Source of the DNA: an uncultured delta proteobacterium | GTDB lineage: Bacteria; Desulfobacterota; Binatia; UBA9968 | Reading direction: 5' to 3' | Length of the DNA stretch: 64,000 nt | NCBI GenBank assembly: GCA_963847445.1 | Contig: CAWJZV010000030.1 | Coordinates: 1 to 64,000, forward strand | Shown: piece by piece, positions 1-10,397 of the stretch | Numbering within the stretch: position 1 is the stretch's first letter | Layout: the number at the start of each line of letters is the position of its first letter | Position numbers and translations under genes: made by a program | Notes under the pieces: generated by a model | Database searches by the model: none | What the model saw: the letters and a program-made list of their open reading frames with translations, nothing else | What the model was told of the DNA's origin: nothing

Positions 1-993
1 GAACACCAAGGGCGGCGCTATCGCCGGCGTCGGTGTGGCGGTGTTGTTTTGGTCGGTGATAAAAGTCTTAGGCAACATTGAGAGCGCTCTCAACGATATT
101 TGGGGCATTTCCAAGGCGCGCGCCATGGGCGCAAGCTTGCCGATTATTTATCGGTGATGATGATCTGTCCGGTGCTGTTGATTATCGCCAGTAGCGTGAC
201 CCTGTTAGTGACCACGCAAATTACCACGATGGTCGAAAAACTTGCCTTCCTCGGTTATGCCGGCGGTATGATTATTTTTTTGATTAAGCTTTTGCCGTAC
301 ACGGTGATCTGGTTTTTGTTCACCTTCATGTATGTTTTCATGCCGAATACAAAAGTTCAGTTGAAATCCGCAATCTGGGGCGGGATCTTGGCCGGGACGA
401 TCTATCAACTGACGCAGTTTGCCTACATCAAATTTCAAGTTGGCGTCACCAGCTATGGCGCGATCTATGGGAGTTTCGCGGCGCTGCCGCTGTTTCTGGC
501 GTGGCTGCAATTGAGCTGGCTGATCGTTCTCTTCGGCGCCGAAGTCTCCTTTGCCCATCAGAATGTCGCCGCCTATGAGTTCGCCGCCGACTGCGCTCGT
601 CTTAGCCATCGCTTTAAACGCACGGTGGCCCTGTTCATCACCCAACATTGCGTCAAGGCATTTGTCCACGCGCAAAGGGCGCCCACCGCCGAGGAGCTCG
701 CCCAAGAATTGGAAATCCCCATCCGTTTAGTTCGCTCCACGCTTTTCGATTTGACGGAGCCAAGATTCTTGCGGAGATCCGTCACTGGCGGCAGTGAGCT
801 GGTCGCCTACCAGCCGGGCTGCCCGCTCGACCAGCTGACGGTAACCAAGATCATGGCCGCGCTGGACCGCCACGGTGAGGATGCTCTCCCGCTGGCGGAT
901 TCTCCCAGTTTAGACAAGTTGCGCGAGATCACCCGAAAGTTCGACGAGATATTGGAAACAGCGCCGGCGAATCTAAGGATTCAAGACTTGTAA
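1..993 (+). CDS. YihY/BrkB (ribonuclease BN-like) family membrane protein, 5'-truncated by window edge, frameshift near 100
   Basis: Hydrophobic ORF with YGAIYGSFAALPLFLAWLQLSWLIVLFGAE motif and C-terminal HTH-like region. Confidence 0.85.
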
Positions 994-1088
994 GCCAAGT
1001 ACAGCCTAAGGAGTCTCGCCTTCCCGCGATGGCATGAGATCATTCGCGAGCGCTTGCTCATGGCACCGTTTAGCTCTACGATTGGCTC

Positions 1089-1260
1089 ATGAATTACCAA
1101 GACATCATCACCCTTGAACCTGGGAAGCGCGGTGGCAAACCATGCATTCGGGGGATGCGGATTACTGTCTATGATATTCTAGAATACCTTGCCTCCGGAA
1201 TGTCGCATCAAGAAATTCTCGAAGACTTTCCTTATCTGACCGAGAAAGACATTCAGCGGG
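1089..1260 (+). pseudogene. DUF433 family antitoxin-like protein, 3'-truncated
   Basis: MNYQDIITLEPGKRGGKPCIRGMRITVYDILEYLASGMSHQEILEDFPYLTEKDIQ is typical DUF433; it then runs into a RAYT remnant. Confidence 0.8.
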
Positions 1261-1267
1261 GCAGTCG

Positions 1268-1560
1268 ATCATGTGACATCGCGCGGGAGACCGGCAGGAA
1301 ACGATCTTGGACGACGATCAATACCGCGCGGCGTTTTTCAAACTGCTAGGGGAAGTGGTTTTACGGTTTCGCTGGCGCTGTCATGCCTACTGCCTGATAG
1401 GGAACCATTACCACCTGATGATCAAAACCCCGGAAGCGAATCTGACCCAGGGATGAGGCAGTTAAACGGCGTGTTTACCCAATGGTCCAACCGGCGCCAC
1501 CAGCGCACCGGCCATTTGTTTCAAGGCCACTACAAAACGATTGTAGTGGACCGTGGTACG
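1268..1560 (+). mobile_element. REP-associated tyrosine transposase (RAYT, IS200/Y1 family) remnant
   Basis: Manual translation across frameshifts: HVTSRG...CHAYCLIGNHYHLMIKTPEANL..GMRQLNGVFTQWSNRRHQRTGHLFQGHYK (HUH motif HYH); C-terminus missing. Confidence 0.8.
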
Positions 1561-1935
1561 GTAATAGATCTGACTCTAGTCTTTTGGCTAATCTTTTGCA
1601 CCCCGCTTCCTGCAACTTCCCTCTCTTAGAACGCCGCGGGTTCACCGTTCCAGCTCCGTCCCGCCACTCGGCGTCGACCCACCTACGATTTCGCTCGAAG
1701 TACGTTTTCTTCGATACCCCGTTTCTTGGGCGGGGTTCTTCAATAGCGAGATGGGCTCCCGCCACAAGATTACCAAAGCGTAATTTTGCGATCATTTTCC
1801 AATTAGCTTCCGTTGCTAAAGTTGCCCTCGAAAGGAGGCGCAACATGAAACTTTAAGACCCCCATGAACGCTCGGCAAGGAGTCCAACCTAAACCGCAGG
1901 CGATCTCAAACTAACCACGTTATCTGGAGGGATCT

Positions 1936-2693
1936 ATGAAACAGGACAAGTATTTGAAGCAAGCCGGCTTGATCGCGTTGATCGTGACATTGTGCCGGGG
2001 ATTAAGCTTACAAGTGGGTCCCGGTAAGAGCGAATATTGCCGGCGGAATGCTCGACTCTCTACTAAATATCACGTGAACACTGATCACTCTTCAGTAGGC
2101 TGTCTGAAGGTCTTTCAAGGCGCGGATGGCCGGGCCAAGACGGTCGGCGTTCATATCTATCTCGCCGAGACTCGTTCATTTGATTGGAATGGCGCCGCCG
2201 TGCAGTGCCGGGTACTGCGCGAGGTAGCGTTTGAAGACGGCCAATTGCTGGAGATCTCGGACAACTATTTCGCACAGGCGGACGACGGCACCGTGTACTA
2301 TTTCGGCGAGGTGGCGACAACTACGAGAACGGCGTAGTTATCAACAACGACGGCAGTTGGCTGGTGGGTGGCCCTACCCTGCCGAGCGATCCGCTGACAA
2401 CGGCCAATGCCGCCAATCCGACGGTTTTCATGCCGGCCAATCCGGAAGTGGGAGACGTTTTCAAGCCCGAAAACTTGCCTCCGGTGGTGGATGAAACCGC
2501 TGAAGTCGAGCGCCTGAATGTCAGCGTAAAAGTGCCTGCAGACCGGTTTAGCGACACGATCAGGATCAAAGAAACGTCGTCACTGTCGCCGGGCGCGACC
2601 CAAAAATGGTACGCACCGGGCGTGGGTGTCGTAATGGAGAAGGCCAAACAGGAATATCTCAATCTGATTTCCTCAACCCTGGTCTCGCCGTAG
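1936..2693 (+). CDS. Putative secreted hypothetical protein (frameshifted, ORFs 1936..2337 + 2364..2693)
   Basis: GGAGG RBS, signal-peptide-like N-terminus, continuous sequence EISDNYFAQADDGTVYYFGE...KWYAPGVGVV. Confidence 0.6.
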
Positions 2694-2725
2694 CGCGCTT
2701 GACCAAAAGTGGCTTACCGTACGAT

Positions 2726-2762
2726 GCCGATGGCGAGCTCGACCTTTGAGCTCGCCATCGGC
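2726..2762 (+). terminator. GC-rich hairpin after CDS, probable terminator
   Basis: Perfect 15-bp stem GCCGATGGCGAGCTC/GAGCTCGCCATCGGC with 7-nt loop; no clear U-tract. Confidence 0.55.
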
Positions 2763-3150
2763 TCAACCAGCGATGAATCAATTACTCGAGTCGCGCTACA
2801 CTGAATCGGGTTTGTGGAACGGCCTTTGAGCGACGCGCACCGCACTGGGCTGGACGCACGCGGACGAAGCTCCGATGTTCACAAGCACGCGGGGACGAAA
2901 CCAAGAACACCTGCGCGGTGTCGGCCATCAAATAATCGTTCGAAGGTTCATGTGGTCAAGTTTCAAAGTATTCGGACTCGGCATCGAACCGTTCAAGATT
3001 AAGCCTTTGAACTATTTGATAACTCAGCAAACTTCCCTGCCGGGATACGCACGCGGGTGTACTTATCTTCCAAGTGATTTTTTGCCTTGTGATACTGGTC
3101 CACGGTCATGTTGTTCTTGGCGGCGCGCGATTGCCACTCCACTAACCCAA

Positions 3151-3172
3151 GGCGTATGCCATACGCCCCTAC
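3151..3172 (-). repeat. GTAG-type REP palindrome
   Basis: Reverse strand GTAGGGGCGTATGGCATACGCC. Confidence 0.55.
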
Positions 3173-3286
3173 GCTCGGATTTCATCTTGGGATTTTTTTG
3201 TGCCCTTTGTACTACTATAGTTGACAATTTGCCCGGCTCGCGCAAACTTTCGGGTGATCTGCAATATCCGAAGAGTGGGATCGACT

Positions 3287-3451
3287 CTCGCCAAGGCGCA
3301 AAGCACGCCAAGTTCTGAAAGGAAAAAAAATAGGACTCTTACAAACGGTCTTTACGATCTTATTTTCCGACCTTTGCGAGCTTAGCGCCTTTGCGGGAGA
3401 TATTCCGAGTTTCGGTTGCGGGTGTGCCGCGCTCGGCTCTTTGTGGTTAAA
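3287..3451. repeat. Intergenic palindromic element family A (CGCCAAGGCGCAAAG...CTTTGCG)
   Basis: Related copies at ~36081 and ~58329. Confidence 0.65.
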
Positions 3452-3467
3452 ACGCAACTTGAATTGA

Positions 3468-4451
3468 CTATCTACGCCCGTAAAGCTTGTCGATAAAGCC
3501 GCTGCTGCGCATCTGGTCGACGAAACGCAGGTCGACGAAATCCTCGGCTTTCGCCTTGGCGACCTTGGGATCCCAGGACGACTGGATCTCCAGCGTGTTG
3601 CGCAAGCCTTCGATCGTCGGATAGGTGTCTTCGACGAATAATTTGTTGTAAGCCGTGTAGGCGCCTTCGAGGATGGTGCGATCGGCGCCGCGAGTGTATT
3701 TACTCATTATCTTAATCGTCTCTTCCTTGTTGCTCTTAAAGAAGTGAACCCCGGCGGCGATCGCTTCGACCATGCGCCGCACGGTGTCAGGCTGCTCGCG
3801 AATCATTTTGAGCGAAGTGACGGTGCAGGTAAATTGAAACGGCACTTTGAGTTCGGCGATATCGATGATGACTTTCTGACCGACCCGTTCGCCTTGAATT
3901 CTCTCGGCGTCGCTGACGATGGTGAATTCCGCCTGGCCGTTGATCAAGGCGCCGATGCGCGCCGGCCCGCCGCCGACGGTGATCGCTTTGATCTGATTGT
4001 ACGGCAGGTTGATGCTCTTAAGCGCAAGCCGCAAAGCAAAGTCTGCCGCCGTGCCCGGTATATGCACCGCCGCGATGCGGCCTTTGAGATCGTCGCGCGA
4101 TTTGATCGCCGGATTGCCGATGATGTAGTAAGGCAGCGTGTTGACTATGCCATTGATGATCGCGATGTTGCCGCCGGCGGTCTTGCCGTTGATCGCCGAA
4201 GTCCCCACCGCTTCGGTGAAGCCGAGATCGCCGGCCAAGAGCGCTTGAATGCCGCGGGTGCTGCCGTCGATAAAGACCAGGTCGATGTCGAGCCCATACT
4301 TTTTGAATATCCCGGTTTCCTTGGCGATCCACTGGGGCACCGAGGAGCTCGGCGAGTCGGAGATATAGGCGATGGTGATCCTGGCCTGCGCTGGTGAATA
4401 CAGAAGCAGCATTATCAGCGACGATAGAGTGGCTCGAATCAGTAATCGCAT
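3468..4451 (-). CDS. ABC transporter substrate-binding protein, SsuA/THI5/NMT1 family
   Basis: Signal peptide MRLLIRATL..., WIAKETGIFKKYGLDIDLV motif; GGAGG RBS before ATG at 4451. Confidence 0.85.
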   Translation of the reverse strand: MRLLIRATLSSLIMLLLYSPAQARITIAYISDSPSSSVPQWIAKETGIFKKYGLDIDLVFIDGSTRGIQALLAGDLGFTEAVGTSAINGKTAGGNIAIINGIVNTLPYYIIGNPAIKSRDDLKGRIAAVHIPGTAADFALRLALKSINLPYNQIKAITVGGGPARIGALINGQAEFTIVSDAERIQGERVGQKVIIDIAELKVPFQFTCTVTSLKMIREQPDTVRRMVEAIAAGVHFFKSNKEETIKIMSKYTRGADRTILEGAYTAYNKLFVEDTYPTIEGLRNTLEIQSSWDPKVAKAKAEDFVDLRFVDQMRSSGFIDKLYGRR

Positions 4452-4697
4452 AGAACCTCCAGTGGCTGAACGCGGCGGACGTTTTTGATCTAGCGGTGGA
4501 AAGGGATCGGCAAAGATAGGCGCTGGCAAGAGAATTTGCCAAGGGATAAGCGAAAAGAACAGTCGAGTTTTTATCGATCGCATAAGCAGCGCCTCCAGCA
4601 AGTTTCCACTGCGTCAGCCGTAGTGGCTTACGGTTCCTTGTACGTTTGAAGCGCGCGCGAAGTCAATCGACAATTCGGCGGGGAAGTGGCGGCGGTA

Positions 4698-5207
4698 TTA
4701 CTTGCGCGCCGACCGGCGGTGGCGGCTGCGCATCGTCAGTTCGTCGAGTTTTGCGATGTTGAGGACTTCCTGAATGCGGCTGCCGTCAGGCAATTGGTAA
4801 TCGAGATGGACTTCCGCATCGCCCCAGGAGATCCGAAACTTGTGGGGTTCGACGCGATCGAGATGGCGGCCGAGAGAGCGCATCAGCTGAGCCAGGCTCT
4901 TCGTGCTGCTCGCGTGCCCGGAAAATCGATTGTGCCGTTTGCGCTGGCCTTGGGTTTCGAGCCAGGAAATATAGTCGGCGTCGTAGCGCAGCACGCCATC
5001 CTCGCGAAACAGTTTGGCCTGCCGCCGCGAGCTGGCCTCGATTTCCCAATCCTTTTCCGAAAGATTCGCCTTAGCCAACTTCGACGGGTCGAGCGGATCG
5101 CTGGTACGAACGGTGACGCCTTGCCCGGCCTTTTCTAAAGTAAAGGTGCGCACGCCGAGGGATTCGAGCGACTCACCGACGGTTCTGAAGGTTTTTGCAT
5201 GTGCCAT
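4698..5207 (-). CDS. Hypothetical protein
   Basis: 169-aa ORF co-oriented with neighbours. Confidence 0.6.
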   Translation of the reverse strand: MAHAKTFRTVGESLESLGVRTFTLEKAGQGVTVRTSDPLDPSKLAKANLSEKDWEIEASSRRQAKLFREDGVLRYDADYISWLETQGQRKRHNRFSGHASSTKSLAQLMRSLGRHLDRVEPHKFRISWGDAEVHLDYQLPDGSRIQEVLNIAKLDELTMRSRHRRSARK

Positions 5208-5278
5208 TTCAAGAATTATAGCCGATTATGCTGCGGTTTGAAGACACTTTCGGTTTCCCCGGTAGATTCCTGTTTGGC

Positions 5279-6097
5279 TCATTCCTTCTCCAGTTTCATC
5301 GTCCCCGACACCGGCCGGAGTTTTTTCTCGACGAACTGCTCCAGCCCGGGCCGCCCGCCCTGCTCACGAATGATCCGCTCGGAAATAAAGTTGGAGATCG
5401 TGAAGCCGACCTCCGGTGAGGCTTTCATACTCGTGTACCATGCCTCTTTAACGGCTCTTAGCGCCCGCGCGCTCTTTTCGGCGAGGCAATTGGCAAACTC
5501 GTTCACTTCGTTATCGAGTTCGGCGCGCGGCACCATCCGCGAAATCAAACCAATGCGTTCGGCTTCGTGAGCCGACATCATCTTGCCGGACAAGGCGTAA
5601 TAGAGGCCATGCTTGGATTGTAAATAGTTGGCCAAGATCGGTGTCGTTTCGCCGGCGGGAAAGTGGCCGAAGTTGACCTCCGGCAGGCCGAACTTGGCGT
5701 CATCGGCGGCGATCGCCACGTCACAGCCCACGATGACAGTGAGGGCACCGCCCAGACACCAGCCGGCGATGCGCGCGATGATCGGTTGCGGCAAGGCGCG
5801 CAGGAGCTCAGTGCGCCACTTGCGGACTTTCTCGCGAATTTCGTCCTTCACCCACTCGGGCTGGGACTCCATTTCCAAGCCATACTGTTTCAGATCTTGA
5901 CCGGCACAGAAATTATCCCCCGCGCCGGTGAGAACCACGACCTTGGTCTGTTTGTCGTAGCGTAGTTCGGTCAAGACCTGGTACATCTCGCGATGCAACT
6001 GCGGGCTCATGGCGTTGCGTTTTTCCGGACGATTAAAGGTAATAGTCGTGATGGCGCCATCTCGGGTCAGCAATAAGGTTTCAAATTTCTCGGTCAT
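5279..6097 (-). CDS. Enoyl-CoA hydratase/isomerase family, p-hydroxycinnamoyl-CoA hydratase/lyase-like
   Basis: NRPEKRNAMSP, FCAGQDLK, GWCLGGA, FGLPEVNFG crotonase motifs. Confidence 0.85.
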   Translation of the reverse strand: MTEKFETLLLTRDGAITTITFNRPEKRNAMSPQLHREMYQVLTELRYDKQTKVVVLTGAGDNFCAGQDLKQYGLEMESQPEWVKDEIREKVRKWRTELLRALPQPIIARIAGWCLGGALTVIVGCDVAIAADDAKFGLPEVNFGHFPAGETTPILANYLQSKHGLYYALSGKMMSAHEAERIGLISRMVPRAELDNEVNEFANCLAEKSARALRAVKEAWYTSMKASPEVGFTISNFISERIIREQGGRPGLEQFVEKKLRPVSGTMKLEKE

Positions 6098-6197
6098 GGT
6101 CTTTCTCCTGTTAGATGGTCGGAATTAATTTGACACAGACGAGCGCACTCGGCTAGGCTCCATTCGCCTTTGTCTAACGGTCAAGAGGAGCTGCGCC

Positions 6198-6535
6198 ATG
6201 AACACCATCGCTCTCGCGTTCCTGGTATTAGTTTTATCCACTGGCAGGCTGTCAGCGCAAGGCTCTTTTTTCGAGGGCAAGACGATCCGTATAGTCGTTG
6301 GTCTGCCGGCCGGCGACGCCTACGATATCTACGCCGCATGTTGGCAACCTACATGGGCAAGTATATCCCCGGCAACCCCACGCTGATGGTGCAAAACATG
6401 CCTGGAACATCGAGCATGATCACCGCGAACTATGTTTACAACGTCGCCAAGCCCGATGGCCTGACCTTCGGATCGACCTTGCCGTCACTCTACTTTGATC
6501 AATTGCTCGGACGTAATGAAGAGCTTTTGAAGTAA
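6198..6535 (+). pseudogene. Tripartite tricarboxylate transporter substrate-binding protein (TctC/Bug), N-terminal fragment
   Basis: FFEGKTIRIVVG...KYIPGNPTLMVQNMPG...ANYVYNVAKPDGLT, frameshifted and truncated. Confidence 0.75.
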
Positions 6536-6607
6536 ACTGAACGACCTTCGGTTATGGGCCCAGGCACTTTGCTCGCGACGACTAGAAGTCGGCTGGCTCT
6601 TTTTCAC

Positions 6608-6690
6608 CATTCCCGCGAAGGCGGAATCCAGGCTTTTTTTGAACTTGAAGCGAAGCCGAAGATGGATGCCGGCCTGCGCCGGCATGACGG
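6608..6690. repeat. Palindromic element family C (GTCATTCCCGCG..GGAATCCAG, dRS3-like)
   Basis: 6664..6690 is the exact reverse complement of 13272..13298. Confidence 0.75.
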
Positions 6691-6807
6691 AACTCGTCAA
6701 ACTTCACCACCAGTTAGAATGGCCAAGTGCCATCCAATGAAGTAGCCTTCACACAGCTGAGAATCTAGATCAGTAGTCTATAAAAATGCCTTCTCCGAGT
6801 TGTAAAC

Positions 6808-7764
6808 TTACTTACCGCCTAACATGTTGATGAAGCTGCGGTCGATCATCTCGTCGACAGTGATGCGCCGTTTGAGCCGGCCGTTTTCAAACTCTTGATC
6901 GATGACCGTGGGGATCGCTTTCTCGGCGATGGCGCCGTTGAGCGGGAAAGAGGTTCGGTACTCGATCGTAGCCCGCCGGCGCGTAGGCCGGATCGATTTT
7001 GACGTACTTGCGCATGGCCCGCACAGAGTCGTCCTTGCTGTCCCAGGTATGTTTGACGCCGCGTTGATAGGCGCGTAGAAATTTGGTGACGTCGTCGCGC
7101 TCCTTGGCTAACCATGGTTCGCGAGCGGCAAAGGTTTCGTAGGGCCATTCGGGGAACATTTCTTTCAGGTCAAAGAGCTTGCGAAAGCCCTGCGCTTTGG
7201 CGATCTCGGTGACCGGAAACCAGACCACAGAGGCGTCGACGGCGCCCGCTGATAGCGCGGCAAAGCGCGCCGGCGTGCTGCCGATTTGCAGTATCGTCAC
7301 CTCCTTGGGATCGATCCGATGGTGCTGCAAGGTGGCGCGGGTCAGAAAGTCGGTGAGCGAGCCAAAGCGGCTGATCGCAAAGCGCTTGCCCTTGGCCTGC
7401 TTTCATCGAAGTGAAGTTGGCAGTGGAGTAAAGTTCGAACGGCATCAAGTTAGAGATGCCCCAAAAGTTTTTGACGTCGATAACCGGCCGCGCGGCCGCC
7501 TAAAGTTTCGACGAAGGCGCTGCCCATCATCTGGATGTCGCCGCCCATGAGCGATTGCAGATTGGTCGAGCCGGCGTTGAATATGACGAACTGAACGTCG
7601 AGCCCTTCGTCTTTGAAAAAGCCCTTTTCCTGCGCTGACGTAGACCGGCAAGAAAGCGATGTTGACGGACGACAGACCGATGACAATGCTCGCCGCACCG
7701 GTTGCCAGAGCAGGCACACTAAGAATAACGCAGAGAATGACAATAACAGCTCAATTCGTTTCAT
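6808..7764 (-). CDS. ABC transporter substrate-binding protein, NMT1/SsuA family (multiple frameshifts)
   Basis: AQEKGFFKDEGLDVQ, IGSTPARFAALSAGAVDA segments in successive frames. Confidence 0.75.
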
Positions 7765-7814
7765 GGCATCGCTCCTTAATCGGTTTAGAGCACAGTTTGG
7801 TTTAGATGTCTTGA

Positions 7815-10076
7815 TTAGTTCGGCTTGATTCTTAGAGCCCGCCAAATCCGCTCCGGAGTCAGCGGCAGCTCACGAATGCGCACGCCGGTGGCGTTGAACA
7901 GCGCGTTGCCCACCGCCGGTGCGATGGAAACTATCCCTGACTCGCCCATGCCCTTGGCGCCGTAGGGGCCGGGGCCGTCGCCATTTTCGATCAAGGCCGA
8001 TTCGAAACTCTCCGGCAAGTCGGTGAAGCGCGGCACGCGGTAGTCGACCAGGTTGGCGTTGAGCGGTTGACCGTTGTCGTATTCGAGTGATTCAAAGAGC
8101 GTATTGCCCAGACCCTGGATCGTCGCGCCTTCATCTTGGCCTTCCGCCTGCACCGGATTGATCGCTCGACCGACATCCGCGACGGTCACGTACTTTTCCA
8201 GTTTGATCGCGCCGGTTTCCCGGTCCAGCGAGATTGCCGCACCGCCCATACCGGTTTCCCAGAACAAAGGAAAGGTCTTGCCCAACGCGCCGTCGGGGCG
8301 CATATAGCCGCGGCCGATCAATTCACCGCCGGGCATGCCGAAGAATTTGCTCACCACTTGAGCGTAGCTCAATGATTTATTGTCGCAGCGCGCTTCGCCG
8401 TTGCTCAACACGATCGAGTTCGGACTCGTGTTGAAGGCTTCGGCCGCGGCTTGAATCAATTGATTGCGCAAATCCTCGGCGGCGGCTTTGACGGCGCTGC
8501 CCATTACGGTCGTCGAACGGCTGGCGCCGGTGGAGCGGTCGAATGGCGTGGTCAACGTGTCGGTACCACGCATGCTGACGCGGTCGATCGGCATGGATAA
8601 TTCTTCGGCGACGATCTGGCTGAGCATCGTCCGCGCGCCCTGCCCCACTTCTGTGGTACCGGCGAGAACAATGACACTGCCGTCGGCGAGCAAGCGCACC
8701 AGCGCTACTGAAACCGGCATCGCTTCCGAATCGGAAACGCCGACGGCCACGCCAACGCCTTGCGATTTGTTGCGACTGCGGTTTTGCCAATCAAGCGGAG
8801 CCACCGCCGCTTGCATCCCTTGGCGCAGGTCGGCGTCGATCGCCGTGGCGCCCGGCTTCAGCAGTTCGCCGCGCTTGAGCAAATGGCGCATGCGATACTC
8901 CAACGGATCGAAACCGAGATTGCTGGCTAGCGAATCCATATGCGATTCCAATGCCCAGATCGATTGCGGCCCGCCGATGGAGCGCATTGAACCCGCCGGC
9001 ACCGTATTGGTGTAAAACGCCACGACATCGATCTTGCAATGGTCGAGTTTGTACGGCCCGAGCATGCGGCTGATCACTCGTTTCGCTACCCGTGGTCCGT
9101 TGTCGGCATAGGCGCCGGTGTCCATGAACACTTCGGCTTCGCGGGCGATCAGAGTGCCGTCGCGTTTGACGCCGGTCTTGATGCGCAGCCGCGCCGAATG
9201 GCGCCGCGTCGTCAGCATCGATTCGGTCACGCTTTGCACGATCCGCACCGGACGACCGCCGGTCTTGCGCGCGATGGCGACGGCGAGCGGTTCGATTTTG
9301 AAATAGGACTTGCTGCCGTAAGCGCCGCCGACATAGGGCACGATCACTTCGACCTTGGCATGCGGGTAGCCGAACATATGCGCCAGCTCGGAGCGCACCA
9401 AGAACGGATGGGCCGATGAACTCCACAACGTGATCCCAGCCGCATTTACCCGCGCCACCGCGCTATGCGGTTCCATGGCGTACTGATAGATCATCGGAAA
9501 TGTGAAGGTCTCGTCGACGATCTTATCGGCCTCGGCGAAGGCTTGGTCAGGATTGCCTTTGATAAACTGTTCGCGATGGCAGATATTGCCGCCGAAGGTT
9601 TCGCCGACGCCGGCGACGTCGTGAAACTCGCCGGCGCCGGACTCGCGCTCGTGCACCAGCGGCGCGCCTTCAGCCCGCGCCGCATCGATGTCGCCGACAC
9701 AGGGCAGTTCTTGATATCGCACGTCGATCAATGCCAGCGCTTGTTCGGCAATCAGGCCGCTTTCAGCGGCGACCACCGCCACCGGTTCACCGACGAAGCG
9801 CACTTTGTCCAGCGCCACCACCGCGCGGTCGCGCAGACAGTTACCATAGTAAGGATCGATGTCGCTGAGATCGTCACGGCTGAGAATCGCGGCGACGCCA
9901 GGTAGCGCCGCGGCTTTGCTGCAATCGACCGAGGTGATCGTCGCGTGGGCGAACGGGCTGCGCAGCACCTTGGCTTCGAGCAGATCGGCAAAGGCTAAAT
10001 CGCCGGTAAACTTGGCGGCACCGGTGACTTTTTCGACGCCGTCGACGCGGCGAACCTTACTGCCGATTATCGTCAT
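7815..10076 (-). CDS. Xanthine dehydrogenase family molybdopterin-binding (large) subunit
   Basis: 753 aa; VGGAYGSK, GTTEVGQG, GPYGAKGMGE motifs. Confidence 0.92.
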   Translation of the reverse strand: MTIIGSKVRRVDGVEKVTGAAKFTGDLAFADLLEAKVLRSPFAHATITSVDCSKAAALPGVAAILSRDDLSDIDPYYGNCLRDRAVVALDKVRFVGEPVAVVAAESGLIAEQALALIDVRYQELPCVGDIDAARAEGAPLVHERESGAGEFHDVAGVGETFGGNICHREQFIKGNPDQAFAEADKIVDETFTFPMIYQYAMEPHSAVARVNAAGITLWSSSAHPFLVRSELAHMFGYPHAKVEVIVPYVGGAYGSKSYFKIEPLAVAIARKTGGRPVRIVQSVTESMLTTRRHSARLRIKTGVKRDGTLIAREAEVFMDTGAYADNGPRVAKRVISRMLGPYKLDHCKIDVVAFYTNTVPAGSMRSIGGPQSIWALESHMDSLASNLGFDPLEYRMRHLLKRGELLKPGATAIDADLRQGMQAAVAPLDWQNRSRNKSQGVGVAVGVSDSEAMPVSVALVRLLADGSVIVLAGTTEVGQGARTMLSQIVAEELSMPIDRVSMRGTDTLTTPFDRSTGASRSTTVMGSAVKAAAEDLRNQLIQAAAEAFNTSPNSIVLSNGEARCDNKSLSYAQVVSKFFGMPGGELIGRGYMRPDGALGKTFPLFWETGMGGAAISLDRETGAIKLEKYVTVADVGRAINPVQAEGQDEGATIQGLGNTLFESLEYDNGQPLNANLVDYRVPRFTDLPESFESALIENGDGPGPYGAKGMGESGIVSIAPAVGNALFNATGVRIRELPLTPERIWRALRIKPN

Positions 10077-10106
10077 ATCAGTGGTCGCAAGAGGCGGAGG
10101 AATAAC

Positions 10107-10378
10107 TCACCACGAAGGGCCGGAGTCATTTCGGATAATGTGAACTCGAACTTCGTACTCTTCGTGATTCTCCTTCGACGCTAAATGTCGGGGGAATCTG
10201 CATACCGAAGAGCTGGGGATCGATACTCGCGAAGGCGCGGAATGCAGGCCAATTCGACGGGAACAAACCTGGACTCCCGCTTGCACGGTCTTCACCATCG
10301 AGGGGAAGTACGTTTGGGAATGCCAACCATTTTCATGCGCAGTATGGCGAGTGCAAGGTCATGAACACTTCGTGGTGA
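10107..10378. repeat. Composite element bounded by 11-bp inverted repeats TCACCACGAAG/CTTCGTGGTGA (family B) with internal degenerate family C copy
   Basis: Terminal IRs at 10107..10117 and 10368..10378. Confidence 0.6.
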
Positions 10379-10397
10379 AAACTAATTCCCATGTTGG

